NCBI GenBank assembly: GCA_040954595.2
Contig: CM082584.2
Location: 3,414,110 to 3,478,109, forward strand
DNA length: 64,000 nucleotides
DNA from: Balanoglossus misakiensis
Taxonomy: Eukaryota > Animalia > Hemichordata
Direction of reading: 5' to 3'
Shown: piece by piece, positions 1 through 13,623 of the stretch
How the letters are laid out: the number at the start of each line of letters is the position of its first letter
Numbering within the stretch: position 1 is the stretch's first letter
Made by a program: the position numbers and the translations under genes
Notes under the pieces: generated by a model
Told to the model about the DNA's origin: nothing
Database searches by the model: none
What the model saw: the letters and a program-made list of their open reading frames with translations, nothing else

Positions 1-3000
1 GAGACTGTTTGTGCCCATGACGGGTAAGACCGCTTGTGAAGTGGTGACCTAAGACAGGCGACAGTCAGGCTTCACTTACAAAAAGTGGAAATATAATAGC
101 TACATTGGTAGGCTGAAAGCTTACTTCCTGAGACTGTTTGTGCCCATGACGGGTAAAGACCGCTTGTGAAGTGGTGACCTAAGACAGGCGACAGTCAGGC
201 TTCACTTTACAAAAAGTGGAAAATATAATAGCTACATTGGTAGGCTGAAAGCTACTTCCTGAGACTGTTTTGTGCCATGACGGGTAAGACCGCTTGTGAA
301 GTGGTGACCTAAGACAGGCGACAGTCAGGCTTCACTTACAAAAAGTGGAAATATAATAGCTACATTGGTAGGCTGAAAGCTTACTTCCTGAGACTGTTTG
401 TGCCCATGACGGGGTAAGACCGCTTGTGAAGTGGTGACCTAAGACAGGCGACAGTCAGGCTTCACTTACAAAAAGTGGGAAAATATAATAGCTACATTGG
501 TAGGCTGAAAGCTTACTTCCTGAGACTGTTTGTGCCCATGACGGGTAAGACCGCTTGTGAAGTGGTGACCTAAGACAGGCGACAGTCAGGCTTCACTTAC
601 AAAAAGTGGGAAAATATAATAGCTACATTGGTAGGCTGAAAGCTTACTTCCTGAGACTGTTTGTGCCCATGACGGGTAAGACCGCTTGTGAAGTGGTGAC
701 CTAAGACAGGCGACAGTCAGGCTTCACTTACAAAAAGTGGAAATATAATAGCTACATTGGTAGGCTGAAAGCTTACTTCCTGAGACTGTTTGTGCCCATG
801 ACGGGTAAGACCGCTTGTGAAGTGGTGACCTAAGACAGGCGACAGTCAGGCTTCACTTACAAAAAGTGGAAAATATAATAGCTACATTGGTAGGCTGAAA
901 GCTTACTTCCTGAGACTGTTTGTGCCCATGACGGGTAAGACCGCTTGTGAAGTGGTGACCTAAGACAGGCGACAGTCAGGCTTCACTTACAAAAAGTGGG
1001 AAATATAATAGCTACATTGGTAGGCTGAAAGCTTACTTCCTGAGACTGTTTGTGCCCATGACGGGTAAGACCGCTTGTGAAGTGGTGACCTAAGACAGGC
1101 GACAGTCAGCTTCACTTACAAAAAGTGGAAAATATAATAGCTACATTGGTAGGCTGAAAGCTTACTTCCTGAGACTGTTTGTGCCCATGACGGGTAAGAC
1201 CGCTTGTGAAGTGGTGACCTAAGACAGGCGACAGTCAGGCTTCACTTACAAAAAGTGGAAAATATAATAGCTACATTGGTAGGCTGAAAGCTTACTTCCT
1301 GAGACTGTTTGTGCCCATGACGGGTAAGACCGCTTATGAAGTGGTGACCTAAGACAGGCGACAGTCAGGCTTCACTTACAAAAAGTGGAAATATAATAGC
1401 TACATTGGTAGGCTGAAAGCTTACTTCCTGAGACTGTTTTGTGCCCATGACGGGTAAGACCGCTTGTGAAGTGGTGACCTAAGACAGGCGACAGTCAGGC
1501 TTCACTTACAAAAAGTGGAAAATATAATAGCTACATTGGTAGGCTGAAAGCTTACTTCCTGAGACTGTTTGTGCCCATGACGGGTAAGACCGCTTGTGAA
1601 GTGGTGACCTAAGACAGGCGACAGTCAGGCTTCACTTACAAAAAGTGGAAAATATAATAGCTACATTGGTAGGCTGAAAGCTTACTTCCTGAGACTGTTT
1701 GTGCCCATGACGGGTAAGACCGCTTGTGAAGTGGTGACCTAAGACAGGCGACAGTCAGGCTTCACTTACAAAAAGTGGAAAATATAATAGCTACATTGGT
1801 AGGCTGAAAGCTTACTTCCTGAGACTGTTTGTGCCCATGACGGGTAAGACCGCTTGTGAAGTGGTGACCTAAGACAGGCGACAGTCAGGCTTCACTTACA
1901 AAAAGTGGAAAATATAATAGCTACATTGGTAGGCTGAAAGCTTACTTCCTGAGACTGTTTGTGCCCATGACGGGTAAGACCGCTTGTGAAGTGGTGACCT
2001 AAGACAGGCGACAGTCAGGCTTCACTTACAAAAAGTGGGAAAATATAATAGCTACATTGGTAGGCTGAAAGCTTACTTCCTGAGACTGTTTGTGCCCATG
2101 ACGGGTAAGACCGCTTGTGAAGTGGTGACCTAAGACAGGCGACAGTCAGGCTTCACTTACAAAAAGTGGGAAATATAATAGCTACATTGGTAGGCTGAAA
2201 GCTTACTTCCTGAGACTGTTTGTGCCCATGACGGGTAAGACCGCTTGTGAAGTGGTGACCTAAGACAGGCGACAGTCAGGCTTCACTTACAAAAAGTGGA
2301 AAATATAATAGCTACATTGGTAGGCTGAAAGCTTACTTCCTGAGACTGTTTGTGCCCATGACGGGTAAGACCGCTTGTGAAGTGGTGACCTAAGACAGGC
2401 GACAGTCAGGCTTCACTTACAAAAAGTGGAAAATATAATAGCTACATTGGTAGGCTGAAAGCTTACTTCCTGAGACTGTTTGTGCCCATGACGGGTAAGA
2501 CCGCTTGTGAAGTGGTGACCTAAGACAGGCGACAGTCAGGCTTCACTTACAAAAAGTGGAAAATATAATAGCTACATTGGTAGGCTGAAAGCTTACTTCC
2601 TGAGACTGTTTGTGCCCATGACGGGTAAGACCGCTTGTGAAGTGGTGACCTAAGACAGGCGACAGTCAGGCTTCACTTACAAAAAGTGGGAAATATAATA
2701 GCTACATTTGGTAGGCTGAAAGCTTACTTCCTGAGACTGTTTGTGCCCATGACGGGTAAGACCGCTTGTGAAGTGGTGACCTAAGACAGGCGACAGTCAG
2801 GCTTCACTTACAAAAAGTGGAAAATATAATAGCTACATTGGTAGGCTGAAAGCTTACTTCCTGAGACTGTTTGTGCCCATGACGGGTAAGACCGCTTATG
2901 AAGTGGTGACCTAAGACAGGCGACAGTCAGGCTTCACTTACAAAAAGTGGAAAATATAATAGCTACATTGGTAGGCTGAAAGCTTACTTCCTGAGACTGT

Positions 3001-6000
3001 TTGTGCCCATGACGGGTAAGACCGCTTGTGAAGTGGTGACCTAAGACAGGCGACAGTCAGGCTTCACTTACAAAAAGTGGAAAATATAATAGCTACATTG
3101 GTAGGCTGAAAGCTTACTTCCTGAGACTGTTTGTGCCCATGACGGGTAAGACCGCTTGTGAAGTGGTGACCTAAGACAGGCGACAGTCAGGCTTCACTTA
3201 CAAAAAGTGGAAATATAATAGCTACATTGGTAGGCTGAAAGCTTACTTCCTGAGACTGTTTGTGCCCATGACGGGTAAGACCGCTTGTGAAGTGGTGACC
3301 TAAGACAGGCGACAGTCAGGCTTCACTTACAAAAAGTGGAAATATAATAGCTACATTGGTAGGCTGAAAGCTTACTTCCTGAGACTGTTTGTGCCCATGA
3401 CGGGTAAGACCGCTTGTGAAGTGGTGACCTAAGACAGGCGACAGTCAGGCTTCACTTACAAAAAGTGGAAAATATAATAGCTACATTGGTAGGCTGAAAG
3501 CTTACTTCCTGAGACTGTTTGTGCCCATGACGGGTAAGACCGCTTATGAAGTGGTGACCTAAGACAGGCGACAGTCAGGCTTCACTTACAAAAAGTGGAA
3601 AATATAATAGCTACATTGGTAGGCTGAAAGCTTACTTCCTGAGACTGTTTGTGCCCATGACGGGTAAGACCGCTTGTGAAGTGGTGACCTAAGACAGGCG
3701 ACAGTCAGGCTTCACTTACAAAAAGTGGAAAATATAATAGCTACATTGGTAGGCTGAAAGCTTACTTCCTGAGACTGTTTGTGCCCATGACGGGTAAGAC
3801 CGCTTGTGAAGTGGTGACCTAAGACAGGCGACAGTCAGGCTTCACTTACAAAAAGTGGAAAATATAATAGCTACATTGGTAGGCTGAAAGCTTACTTCCT
3901 GAGACTGTTTGTGCCCATGACGGGTAAGACCGCTTGTGAAGTGGTGACCTAAGACAGGCGACAGTCAGGCTTCACTTACAAAAAGTGGAAATATAATAGC
4001 TACATTGGTAGGCTGAAAGGCTTACTTCCTGAGACTGTTTGTGCCCATGACGGGTAAGACCGCTTATGAAGTGGTGACCTAAGACAGGCGACAGTCAGGC
4101 TTCACTTACAAAAGTGGAAAATATAATAGCTACATTGGTAGGCTAAAAGCTTACTTCCTGAGACTGTTTGTGCCCATGACGGGTAAGACCGCTTGTGAAG
4201 TGGTGACCTAAGACAGGCGACAGTCAGGCTTCACTTACAAAAAGTGGAAAATTAATAGCTACATTGGTAGGCTGAAAGCTTACTTCCTGAGACTGTTTGT
4301 GCCCATGACGGGTAAGACCGCTTGTGAAGTGGTGACCTAAGACCAGGCGACAGTCAGGCTTCACTTACAAAAAGTGGGAAATATAATAGCTACATTGGTA
4401 GGCTGAAAGCTTACTTCCTGAGACTGTTTGTGCCCATGACGGGTAAGACCGCTTGTGAAGTGGTGACCTAAGACAGGCGACAGTCAGGCTTCACTTACAA
4501 AAAGTGGAAAATATAATAGCTACATTGGTAGGCTGAAAGCTTACTTCCTGAGACTGTTTGTGCCCATGACGGGTAAGACCGCTTGTGAAGTGGTGACCTA
4601 AGACAGGCGACAGTCAGGCTTCACTTACAAAAAGTGGAAAATATAATAGCTACATTGGTAGGCTGAAAGCTTACTTCCTGAGACTGTTTGTGCCCATGAC
4701 GGGTAAGACCGCTTATGAAGTGGTGACCTAAGACAGGCGACAGTCAGGCTTCACTTACAAAAAGTGGAAAATATAATAGCTACATTGGTAGGCTGAAAGC
4801 TTACTTCCTGAGACTGTTTGTGCCCATGACGGGTAAGACCGCTTGTGAAGTGGTGACCTAAGACAGGCGACAGTCAGGCTTCACTTACAAAAAGTGGAAA
4901 ATATAATAGCTACATTGGTAGGCTGAAAGCTTACTTCCTGAGACTGTTTGTGCCCATGACGGGTAAGACCGCTTGTGAAGTGGTGACCTAAGACAGGCGA
5001 CAGTCAGGCTTCACTTACAAAAAGTGGAAAATATAATAGCTACATTGGTAGGCTGAAAGCTTACTTCCTGAGACTGTTTGTGCCCATGACGGGTAAGACC
5101 GCTTGTGAAGTGGTGACCTAAGACAGGCGACAGTCAGGCTTCACTTACAAAAAGTGGGAAATATAATAGCTACATTGGTAGGCTGAAAGCTTACTTCCTG
5201 AGACTGTTTGTGCCCATGACGGGTAAGACCGCTTGTGAAGTGGTGACCTAAGACAGGCGACAGTCAGGCTTCACTTACAAAAAGTGGAAAATATAATAGC
5301 TACATTGGTAGGCTGAAAGCTTACTTCCTGAGACTGTTTGTGCCCATGACGGGTAAGACCGCTTGTGAAGTGGTGACCTAAGACAGGCGACAGTCAGGCT
5401 TCACTTACAAAAAGTGGAAAAATATAATAGCTACATTGGTAGGCTGAAAGCTTACTTCCTGAGACTGTTTGTGCCCATGACGGGTAAGACCGCTTAGTGA
5501 AGTGGTGACCTAAGACAGGCGACAGTCAGGCTTCACTTACAAAAAGTGGAAAATATAATAGCTACATTGGTAGGCTGAAAGCTTACTTCCTGAGACTGTT
5601 TGTGCCCATGACGGGTAAGACCGCTTGTGAAGTGGTGACCTAAGACAGGCGACAGTCAGGCTTCACTTACAAAAAGTGGAAAATATAATAGCTACATTGG
5701 TAGGCTGAAAGCTTACTTCCTGAGACTGTTTGTGCCCATGACGGGTAAGACCGCTTGTGAAGTGGTGACCTAAGACAGGCGACAGTCAGGCTTCACTTAC
5801 AAAAAGTGGGAAATATAATAGCTACATTTATAGGCTGAAAGCTTACTTCCTGAGACTGTTTGTACCCATGACGGGTAAGACCGCTTGTGAAGTGGTGACC
5901 TAAGACAGGCGACAGTCAGGCTTCACTTACAAAAAGTGGGAAATATAATAGCTACATTGGTAGGCTGAAAGCTTACTTCCTGAGACTGTTTGTGCCCATG

Positions 6001-9000
6001 ACGGGTAAGACAGCTTATGAAGTGGTGACCTAAGACAGGCGACAGTCAGGCTTCACTTACAAAAAGTGGAAAATATAATAGCTACATTGGTAGGCTGAAA
6101 GCTTACTTCCTGAGACTGTTTGTGCCCATGACGGGTAAGACCGCTTGTGAAGTGGTGACCTAAGACAGGCGACAGTCAGGCTTCACTTACAAAAAGTGGA
6201 AATATAATAGCTACATTGGTAGGCTGAAAGCTTACTTCCTGAGACTGTTTGTGCCCTGATGACGGGTAAGACCGCTTGTGAAGTGGTGACCTAAGACAGG
6301 CGACAGTCAGGCTTCACTTACAAAAAGTGGGAAATATAATAGCTACATTTATAGGCTGAAAGCTTTCTTCCTGAGACTGTTTGTACCCATGACGGGTAAG
6401 ACCGCTTGTGAAGTGGTGACCTAAGACAGGCGACAGTCAGGCTTCACTTACAAAAAGTGGAAAATATAATAGCTACATTGGTAGGCTGAAAGCTTACTTC
6501 CTGAGACTGTTTGTGCCCATGACGGGTAAGACCGCTTATGAAGTGGTGACCTAAGACAGGCGACAGTCAGGCTTCACTTACAAAAAGTGGAAAATATAAT
6601 AGCTACATTGGTAGGCTGAAAGCTTACTTCCTGAGACTGTTTGTGCCCATGACGGGTAAGACCGCTTATAAAGTGGTGACCTAAGACAGGCGACAGTCAG
6701 GCTTCACTTACAAAAAGTGGAAAATATAATAGCTACATTGGTAGGCTGAAAGCTTACTTCCTGAGACTGTTTGTGCCCATGACGGGTAAGACCGCTTGTG
6801 AAGTGGTGACCTAAGACAGGCGACAGTCAGGCTTACTTACAAAAAGTGGAAAATATAATAGCTACGTTGGTAGGCTGAAAGCTTACTTCCTGAGACTGTT
6901 TGTGCCAATGACGGGTAAGACCGCTTACGAAGTGGTGACCTAAGACAGGCGACAGTCAGGCGTCACTTACAAAAAGTGGAAAATATAATAGCTTCATTGG
7001 TAGGCTGAAAGCTTACTTCCTGAGACTGTTTGTGCCCATGACGGGTAAGACCGCTTGTGAAGTGGTGACCTAAGACAGGCGACAGTCAGGCTTCACTTAC
7101 AAAAAGTTGGAAAATATAATAGCTACATTGGTAGGCTGAAAGCTTACTTCCTGAGACTGTTTGTGCCCATGACGGGTAAGACCACTTGTGAAGTGGTGAC
7201 CTAAGACAGGCGACAGTCAGGCTTCACTTATAAAAAGTGGAAAATATAATAGCTACATTGGTAGGCTGAAAGCTTACTTCCTGAGACTGTTTGTGCCCAT
7301 GACGGGTAAGACCGCTTGTGAAGTGGTGACCTAAGACAGGCGACAGTCAGGCTTCACTTACAAAAAGTGGAAAATATAATAGCTACATTGGTAGGCTGAA
7401 AGCTTACTTCCTGAGACTGTTTGTGCCCATGACGGGTAAGACCGCTTGTGAAGTGGTGACCTAAGACAGGCGACAGTCAGGCTTCACTTACAAAAAGTGG
7501 AAAATATAATAGCTACATTGGTAGGCTGAAAGCTTACTTCCTGAGACTGTTTGTGCCCATGACGGGTAAGACCGCTTGTGAAGTGGTGACCTAAGACAGG
7601 CGACAGTCAGGCTTCACTTACAAAAAGTGGAAAATATAATAGCTACATTGGTAGGCTGAAAGCTTACTTCCTGAGACTGTTTGTGCCCATGACGGGTAAG
7701 ACCGCTTGTGAAGTGGTGACCTAAGACAGGCGACAGTCAGGCTTCACTTACAAAAAGTGGAAAATATAATAGCTACATTGGTAGGCTGAAAGCTTACTTC
7801 CTGAGACTGTTTGTGCCCATGACGGGTAAGACCGCTTGTGAAGTGGTGACCTAAGACAGGCGACAGTCAGGCTTCACTTACAAAAAGTGGAAAATATAAT
7901 AGCTACATTGGTAGGCTGAAAGCTTACTTCCTGAGACTGTTTGTGCCCATGACGGGTAAGACCGCTTGTGAAGTGGTGACCTAAGACAGGCGACAGTCAG
8001 GCTTCACTTACAAAAAGTGGAAAATATAATAGCTACATTGGTAGGCTGAAAGCTTACTTCCTGAGACTGTTTGTGCCCATGACGGGTAAGACCGCTTGTG
8101 AAGTGGTGACCTAAGACAGGCGACAGTCAGGCTTCACTTACAAAAAGTGGAAAATATAATAGCTACATTGGTAGGCTGAAAGCTTACTTCCTGAGACTGT
8201 TTGTGCCAATGACGGGGTAAGACCGCTTACGAAGTGGTGACCTAAGACAGGCGACAGTCAGGCTTCACTTACAAAAAGTGGAAAATATAATAGCTACATT
8301 GGTAGGCTAAAAGCTTACTTCCTGAGACTGTTTGTGCCCATGACGGGTAAGACCGCTTGTGAAGTGGTGACCTAAGACAGGCGACAGTCAGGCTTCGCTT
8401 ACAAAAAGTGGAAAATATAATAGCTACATTGGTAGGCTGAAAGCTTACTTCCTGAGACTGTTTGTGCCAATGATGGGTAAGTCCGCTTGTGAAGTGGTGA
8501 CCTAAGACAGGCGACAGTCAGGCTTCACTTACAAAAAGTGGAAAATATAATAGCTTTATTGGTAGGCTGAAAGCTTACTTCCTGAGACTGTTTGTGCCCA
8601 TGACGGGTAAGACCGCTTACGAAGTGGTGACCTAAGACAGGCGACAGTCAGGCTTCACTTACAAAAAGTGGAAATATAATAGCTACATTGGTAGGCTGAA
8701 AGCTTACTTCCTGAGACTGTTTGTGCCCATGACGGGTAAGACCGCTTGTGAAGTGGTGACCTAAGACAGGCGACAGTCAGGCTTCACTTACAAAAAGTGG
8801 AAAATATAATAGCTACATTGGTAGGCTGAAAGCTTACTTCCTGAGTCTGTTTGTGCCCATGACGGGTATGACCGCTTGTGAAGTGGTGACCTAAGACAGG
8901 CGACAGTCAGGCTTCACTTACAAAAAGTGGAAAATATAATAGCTACATTGGTAGGCTGAAAGCTTACTTCCTGAGACTGTTTGTGCCCATGACGGGTAAG

Positions 9001-12000
9001 ACCGCTTGTGAAGTGGTGACCTAAGACAGGCGACAGTCAGGCTTCACTTACAAAAAGTGGAAAATATAATAGCTACATTGGTAGGCTGAAAGCTTACTTC
9101 CTGAGACTGTTTGTGCCCATGACGGGTAAGACCGCTTGTGAAGTGGTGACCTAAGACAGGCGACAGTCAGGCTTCACTTACAAAAAGTGGAAAATATAAT
9201 AGCTACATTGGTAGGCTGAAAGCTTACTTCCTGAGACTGTTTGTGCCCATGACGGGTAAGACCGCTTATAAAGTGGTGACCTAAGACAGGCGACAGTCAG
9301 GCTTCACTTACAAAAAGTGGAAAATATAATAGCTACATTGGTAGGCTGAAAGCTTACTTCCTGAGACTGTTTGTGCCCATGACGGGTAAGACCGCTTGTG
9401 AAGTGGTGACCTAAGACAGGCGACAGTCAGGCTTCACTTACAAAAAGTGGAAAATATAATAGCTACATTGGTAGGCTGAAAGCTTACTTCCTGAGACTGT
9501 TTGTGCCAATGACGGCGGCCGGTAAGACCGCTTACGAAGTGGTGACCTAAGACAGGCGACAGTCAGGCTTCACTTACAAAAAGTGGAAAATATAATAGCT
9601 ACATTGGTAGGCTGAAAGCTTACATCCTGAGACTGTTTGTGCCCATGACGGGTAAGACCGCTTGTGAAGTGGTGACCTAAGACAGGCGACAGTCAGGCTT
9701 CACTTACAAAAAGTGGAAAATATAATAGCTACATTGGTAGGCTAAAAGCTTACTTCCTGAGACTGTTTGTGCCCATGACGGGTAAGACCGCTTGTGAAGT
9801 GGTGACCTAAGACAGGCGACAGTCAGGCTTCACTTACAAAAAGTGGAAAATATAATAGCTACATTGGTAGGCTGAAAGCTTACTTCCTGAGACTGTTTGC
9901 GCCCATGACGGGTAAGACCGCTTGTGAAGTGGTGACCTAAGACAGGCGACAGTCAGGCTTCACTTACAAAAAGTGGAAAATATAATAGCTACATTGGTAG
10001 GCTGAAAGCTTACTTCCTGAGACTGTTTGTGCCCATGACGGGTAAGACCGCTTGTGAAGTGGTGACCTAAGACAGGCGACAGTCAGGCTTCACTTACAAA
10101 AAGTGGAAAATATAATAGCTACATTGGTAGGCTGAAAGCTAACTTCCTGAGACTGTTTGTGCCCATGACGGGTAAGACCGCTTGTGAAGTGGTGACCTAA
10201 GACAGGCGACAGTCAGGCTTCACTTACAAAAAGTGGAAAATATAATAGCTACATTGGTAGGCTGAAAGCTTACTTCCTGAGACTGTTTGTGCCCATGACG
10301 GGTAAGACCGCTTGTGAAGTGGTGACCTAAGACAGGCGACAGTCAGGCTTCACTTACAAAAAGTGGAAAATATAATAGCTACATTGGTAGGCTGAAAGTT
10401 TACTTCCTGAGACTGTTTGTGCCCATGACGGGTAAGACCGCTTGTGAAGTGGTGACCTAAGACAGGCGACAGTCAGGCTTCACTTACAAAAAGTGGAAAA
10501 TATAATAGCTACATTGGTAGGCTAAAAGCTTACTTCCTGAGACTGTTTGTGCCCATGATGGGTAAGACCGCTTATAAAGTGGTGACCTAAGACAGGCGAC
10601 AGTCAGGCTTCACTTACAAAAAGTGGAAAATATAATAGCTACATTGGTAGGCTGAAAGCTTACTTCCTGAGACTGTTTGTGCCCATGACGGGTAAGACCG
10701 CTTGTGAAGTGGTGACCTAAGACAGGCGACAGTCAGGCTTCACTTACAAAAAGTGGAAAATATAATAGCTACATTGGTAGGCTGAAAGCTTACTTCCTGA
10801 GACTGTTTGTGCCAATGACGGGTAAGACCGCTTACGAAGTGGTGACCTAAGACAGGCGACAGTCAGGCTTCACTTACAAAAAGTGGAAAATATAATAGCT
10901 ACATTGGTAGGCTGAAAGCTTACTTCCTGAGACTGTTTGTGCCAATGACGGGTAAGACCGCTTGTGAAGTGGTGACCTAAGACAGGCGACAGTCAGGCTT
11001 CACTTACAAAAAGTGGAAAATATAATAGCTACATTGGTAGGCTAAAAGCTTACTTCCTGAGACTGTTTGTGCCCATGACGGGTAAGACCGCTTGTGAAGT
11101 GGTGACCTAAGACAGGCGACAGTCAGGCTTCACTTACAAAAAGTGGAAAATATAATAGCTACATTGGTAGGCTGAAAGCTTACTTCCTGAGACTGTTTGC
11201 GCCCATGACGGGTAAGACCGCTTGTGAAGTGGTGACCTAAGACAGGCGACAGTCAGGCTTCACTTACAAAAAGTGGAAAATATAATAGCTACATTGGTAG
11301 GCTGAAAGCTTACTTCCTGAGACTGTTTGTGCCCATGACGGGTAAGACCGCTTGTGAAGTGGTGACCTAAGACAGGCGACAGTCAGGCTTCACTTACAAA
11401 AAGTGGAAAATATAATAGCTACATTGGTAGGCTAAAAGCTTACTTCCTGAGACTGTTTGTGCCCATGACGGGTAAGACCGCTTATAAAGTGGTGACCTAA
11501 GACAGGCGACAGTCAGGCTTCACTTACAAAAAGTGGAAAATATAATAGCTACATTGGTAGGCTGAAAGCTTACTTCCTGAGACTGTTTGTGCCCATGACG
11601 GGTAAGACCGCTTGTGAAGTGGTGACCTAAGACAGGCGACAGTCAGGCTTCACTTACAAAAAGTGGAAAATATAATAGCTACATTGGTAGGCTGAAAGCT
11701 TACTTCCTGAGACTGTTTGTGCCAATGACGGGTAAGACCGCTTACGAAGTGGTGACCTAAGACAGGCGACAGTCAGGCTTCACTTACAAAAAGTGGAAAA
11801 TATAATAGCTACATTGGTAGGCTGAAAGCTTACTTCCTGAGACTGTTTGTGCCAATGACGGGTAAGACCGCTTGTGAAGTGGTGACCTAAGACAGGCGAC
11901 AGTCAGGCTTCACTTACAAAAAGTGGAAAATATAATAGCTACATTGGTAGGCTAAAAGCTTACTTCCTGAGACTGTTTGTGCCCATGACGGGTAAGACCG

Positions 12001-12116
12001 CTTGTGAAGTGGTGACCTAAGACAGGCGACAGTCAGGCTTCACTTACAAAAAGTGGAAAATATAATAGCTACATTGGTAGGCTGAAAGCTTACTTCCTGA
12101 GACTGTTTGTCCCATG
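1..12116. repeat. 130-bp tandem satellite, about 93 copies, running off the left edge of the window
   Basis: Monomer GAGACTGTTTGTGCCCATGACGGGTAAGACCGCTTGTGAAGTGGTGACCTAAGACAGGCGACAGTCAGGCTTCACTTACAAAAAGTGGAAAATATAATAGCTACATTGGTAGGCTGAAAGCTTACTTCCT recurs every 130 nt (e.g. 1561, 1691, 1821) and is highly homogeneous. Confidence 0.98.
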
Positions 12117-12241
12117 GTCTCTACCCCCAATCTTATGAGTTCACGATCAGTGAGCGATTCTACAGTTTCCGGGGAAATGCGTTCTTGCAAAAAATTTGGT
12201 ATCAGAGTTGACAATGACATAGAACGCAAAATTTCCTCCAT
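12110..12241 (-). pseudogene. Truncated SAM (sterile alpha motif)-like N-terminal exon, cut by the satellite
   Basis: MEEILRSMSLSTLIPNFLQERISPETVESLTDRELIRLGVETMG fits the SAM pattern (L..l.L..y...F..e.I....l..Lt..eL..LGv.t.G). It breaks into satellite just where the final helix should begin. Confidence 0.65.
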
Positions 12242-12477
12242 GATGATGATGACAGGATACAATGTCCCTGTGCGAACACGCGTGCTTGTCTTAGTGCTAC
12301 AGATTTTCCCTCTCTTTTTCACCGGATGTACATTGTAAATGTATCAAATATTTTGGGAGACTGCAGGCCACAGTCTATTTATAGCTGTGGAAACAAAACT
12401 GTTCCGCCAGGGGGAGGATACCGCCCTCCCGGAACAGCTTGATCTTCTTCTAATGAAGTTAATCTTCTTCTAATGAA

Positions 12478-13623
12478 GTTAAATGCACCACACAACATGT
12501 ACAAAACCACAGGACAACATATAGAAATGCACAAGACAACGTATATGAATGGACAAGACAACATATAGAAATGCACAAGACAATGTATATGAATGGACAA
12601 GACAACATATAGAAACGAACAGGACAACATGTTAAAGTCACACGACAACATATATGAATGGACAAGACAACATATAGAAATGCACAAGACAACGTATATA
12701 AATAAACAAGACAACATATAGAAATGCACAGGAAAACATGTTAAAGTCACACCACAACATATATGAATGGACGAGACAACATATAGAAATGCACAAGACA
12801 ACGTATATAAATAAACAAGACAACATATAGAAATGAACAGGACAACATATTAAAGGCACACCACAACATATATGAATGGACAAGACAACATATAGAAATG
12901 CACAAGACAACGTATATAAATAAACAAGACAACATATAGAAATGCACAGGAAAACATGTTAAAGTCACACCACAACATATATGAATGGACAAGACAACAT
13001 ATAGAAATGAACAGGACAACATATTAAAGTCACACGACAACATATAGAAATGCACAAGACAACATATAGAAATGCACAAGACAACGTATATAAATGGACA
13101 AGACAACATATAGAAATGAACAGGACAACATAATAAAGTCACACGACAACATATAGAAATGCACAAGACAACATATAGAAATACACAAGACAACGTATAT
13201 AAATGGACAAGACAACATATAAAAATGAACAGGACAACATAATAAAGTCACACGACAACATATAGAAATACACAAGACAACATATAGAAATGCACAAGAC
13301 AACGTATATGAATGGACAAGACAACATATAGAAATGCACAGGACAACATGTTAAATGTACAAGACAGCGTATATGAATGCACAAGACAACATGTTAAATG
13401 GACAGGACAGCATACATAAATGCACAAGAAAACATGTTAAATGCACAAGACAATATAAAATGCACAAGACAACATGTTAAATGCGCAGGACCATATATGA
13501 AATGCACAAGACAACATGTTAAATGCACAGGACCATATATGAAATGCACAAGAAAACATGTTAAATGCACAAGAAAACATGTTAAATGTACAAGACAACA
13601 TGTTAAATGCACAAGAGAACATG
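12478..13623. repeat. Complex minisatellite of about 21-23-bp variant units (AAATGCACAAGACAACATATAG / ...AACATGTT)
   Basis: Direct inspection; it accounts for the Cys-rich low-complexity ORFs at 12379-13732. Confidence 0.92.

Noticed and set aside
1-620. Dense 1-bp indel variants as a distinct satellite subfamily
   Set aside because: Nearly all are homopolymer +/-1 changes clustered at the window start, more likely low-coverage consensus errors.
1-12100. A giant spliced repeat protein encoded by the whole satellite
   Set aside because: An in-frame TAA appears in the fifth exon-like copy and many later variants would also break the frame; only the origin hypothesis is kept.
1-12116. CRISPR-like array
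   Set aside because: There are no unique spacers, the whole monomer is repeated, the context is eukaryotic and there are no cas genes.
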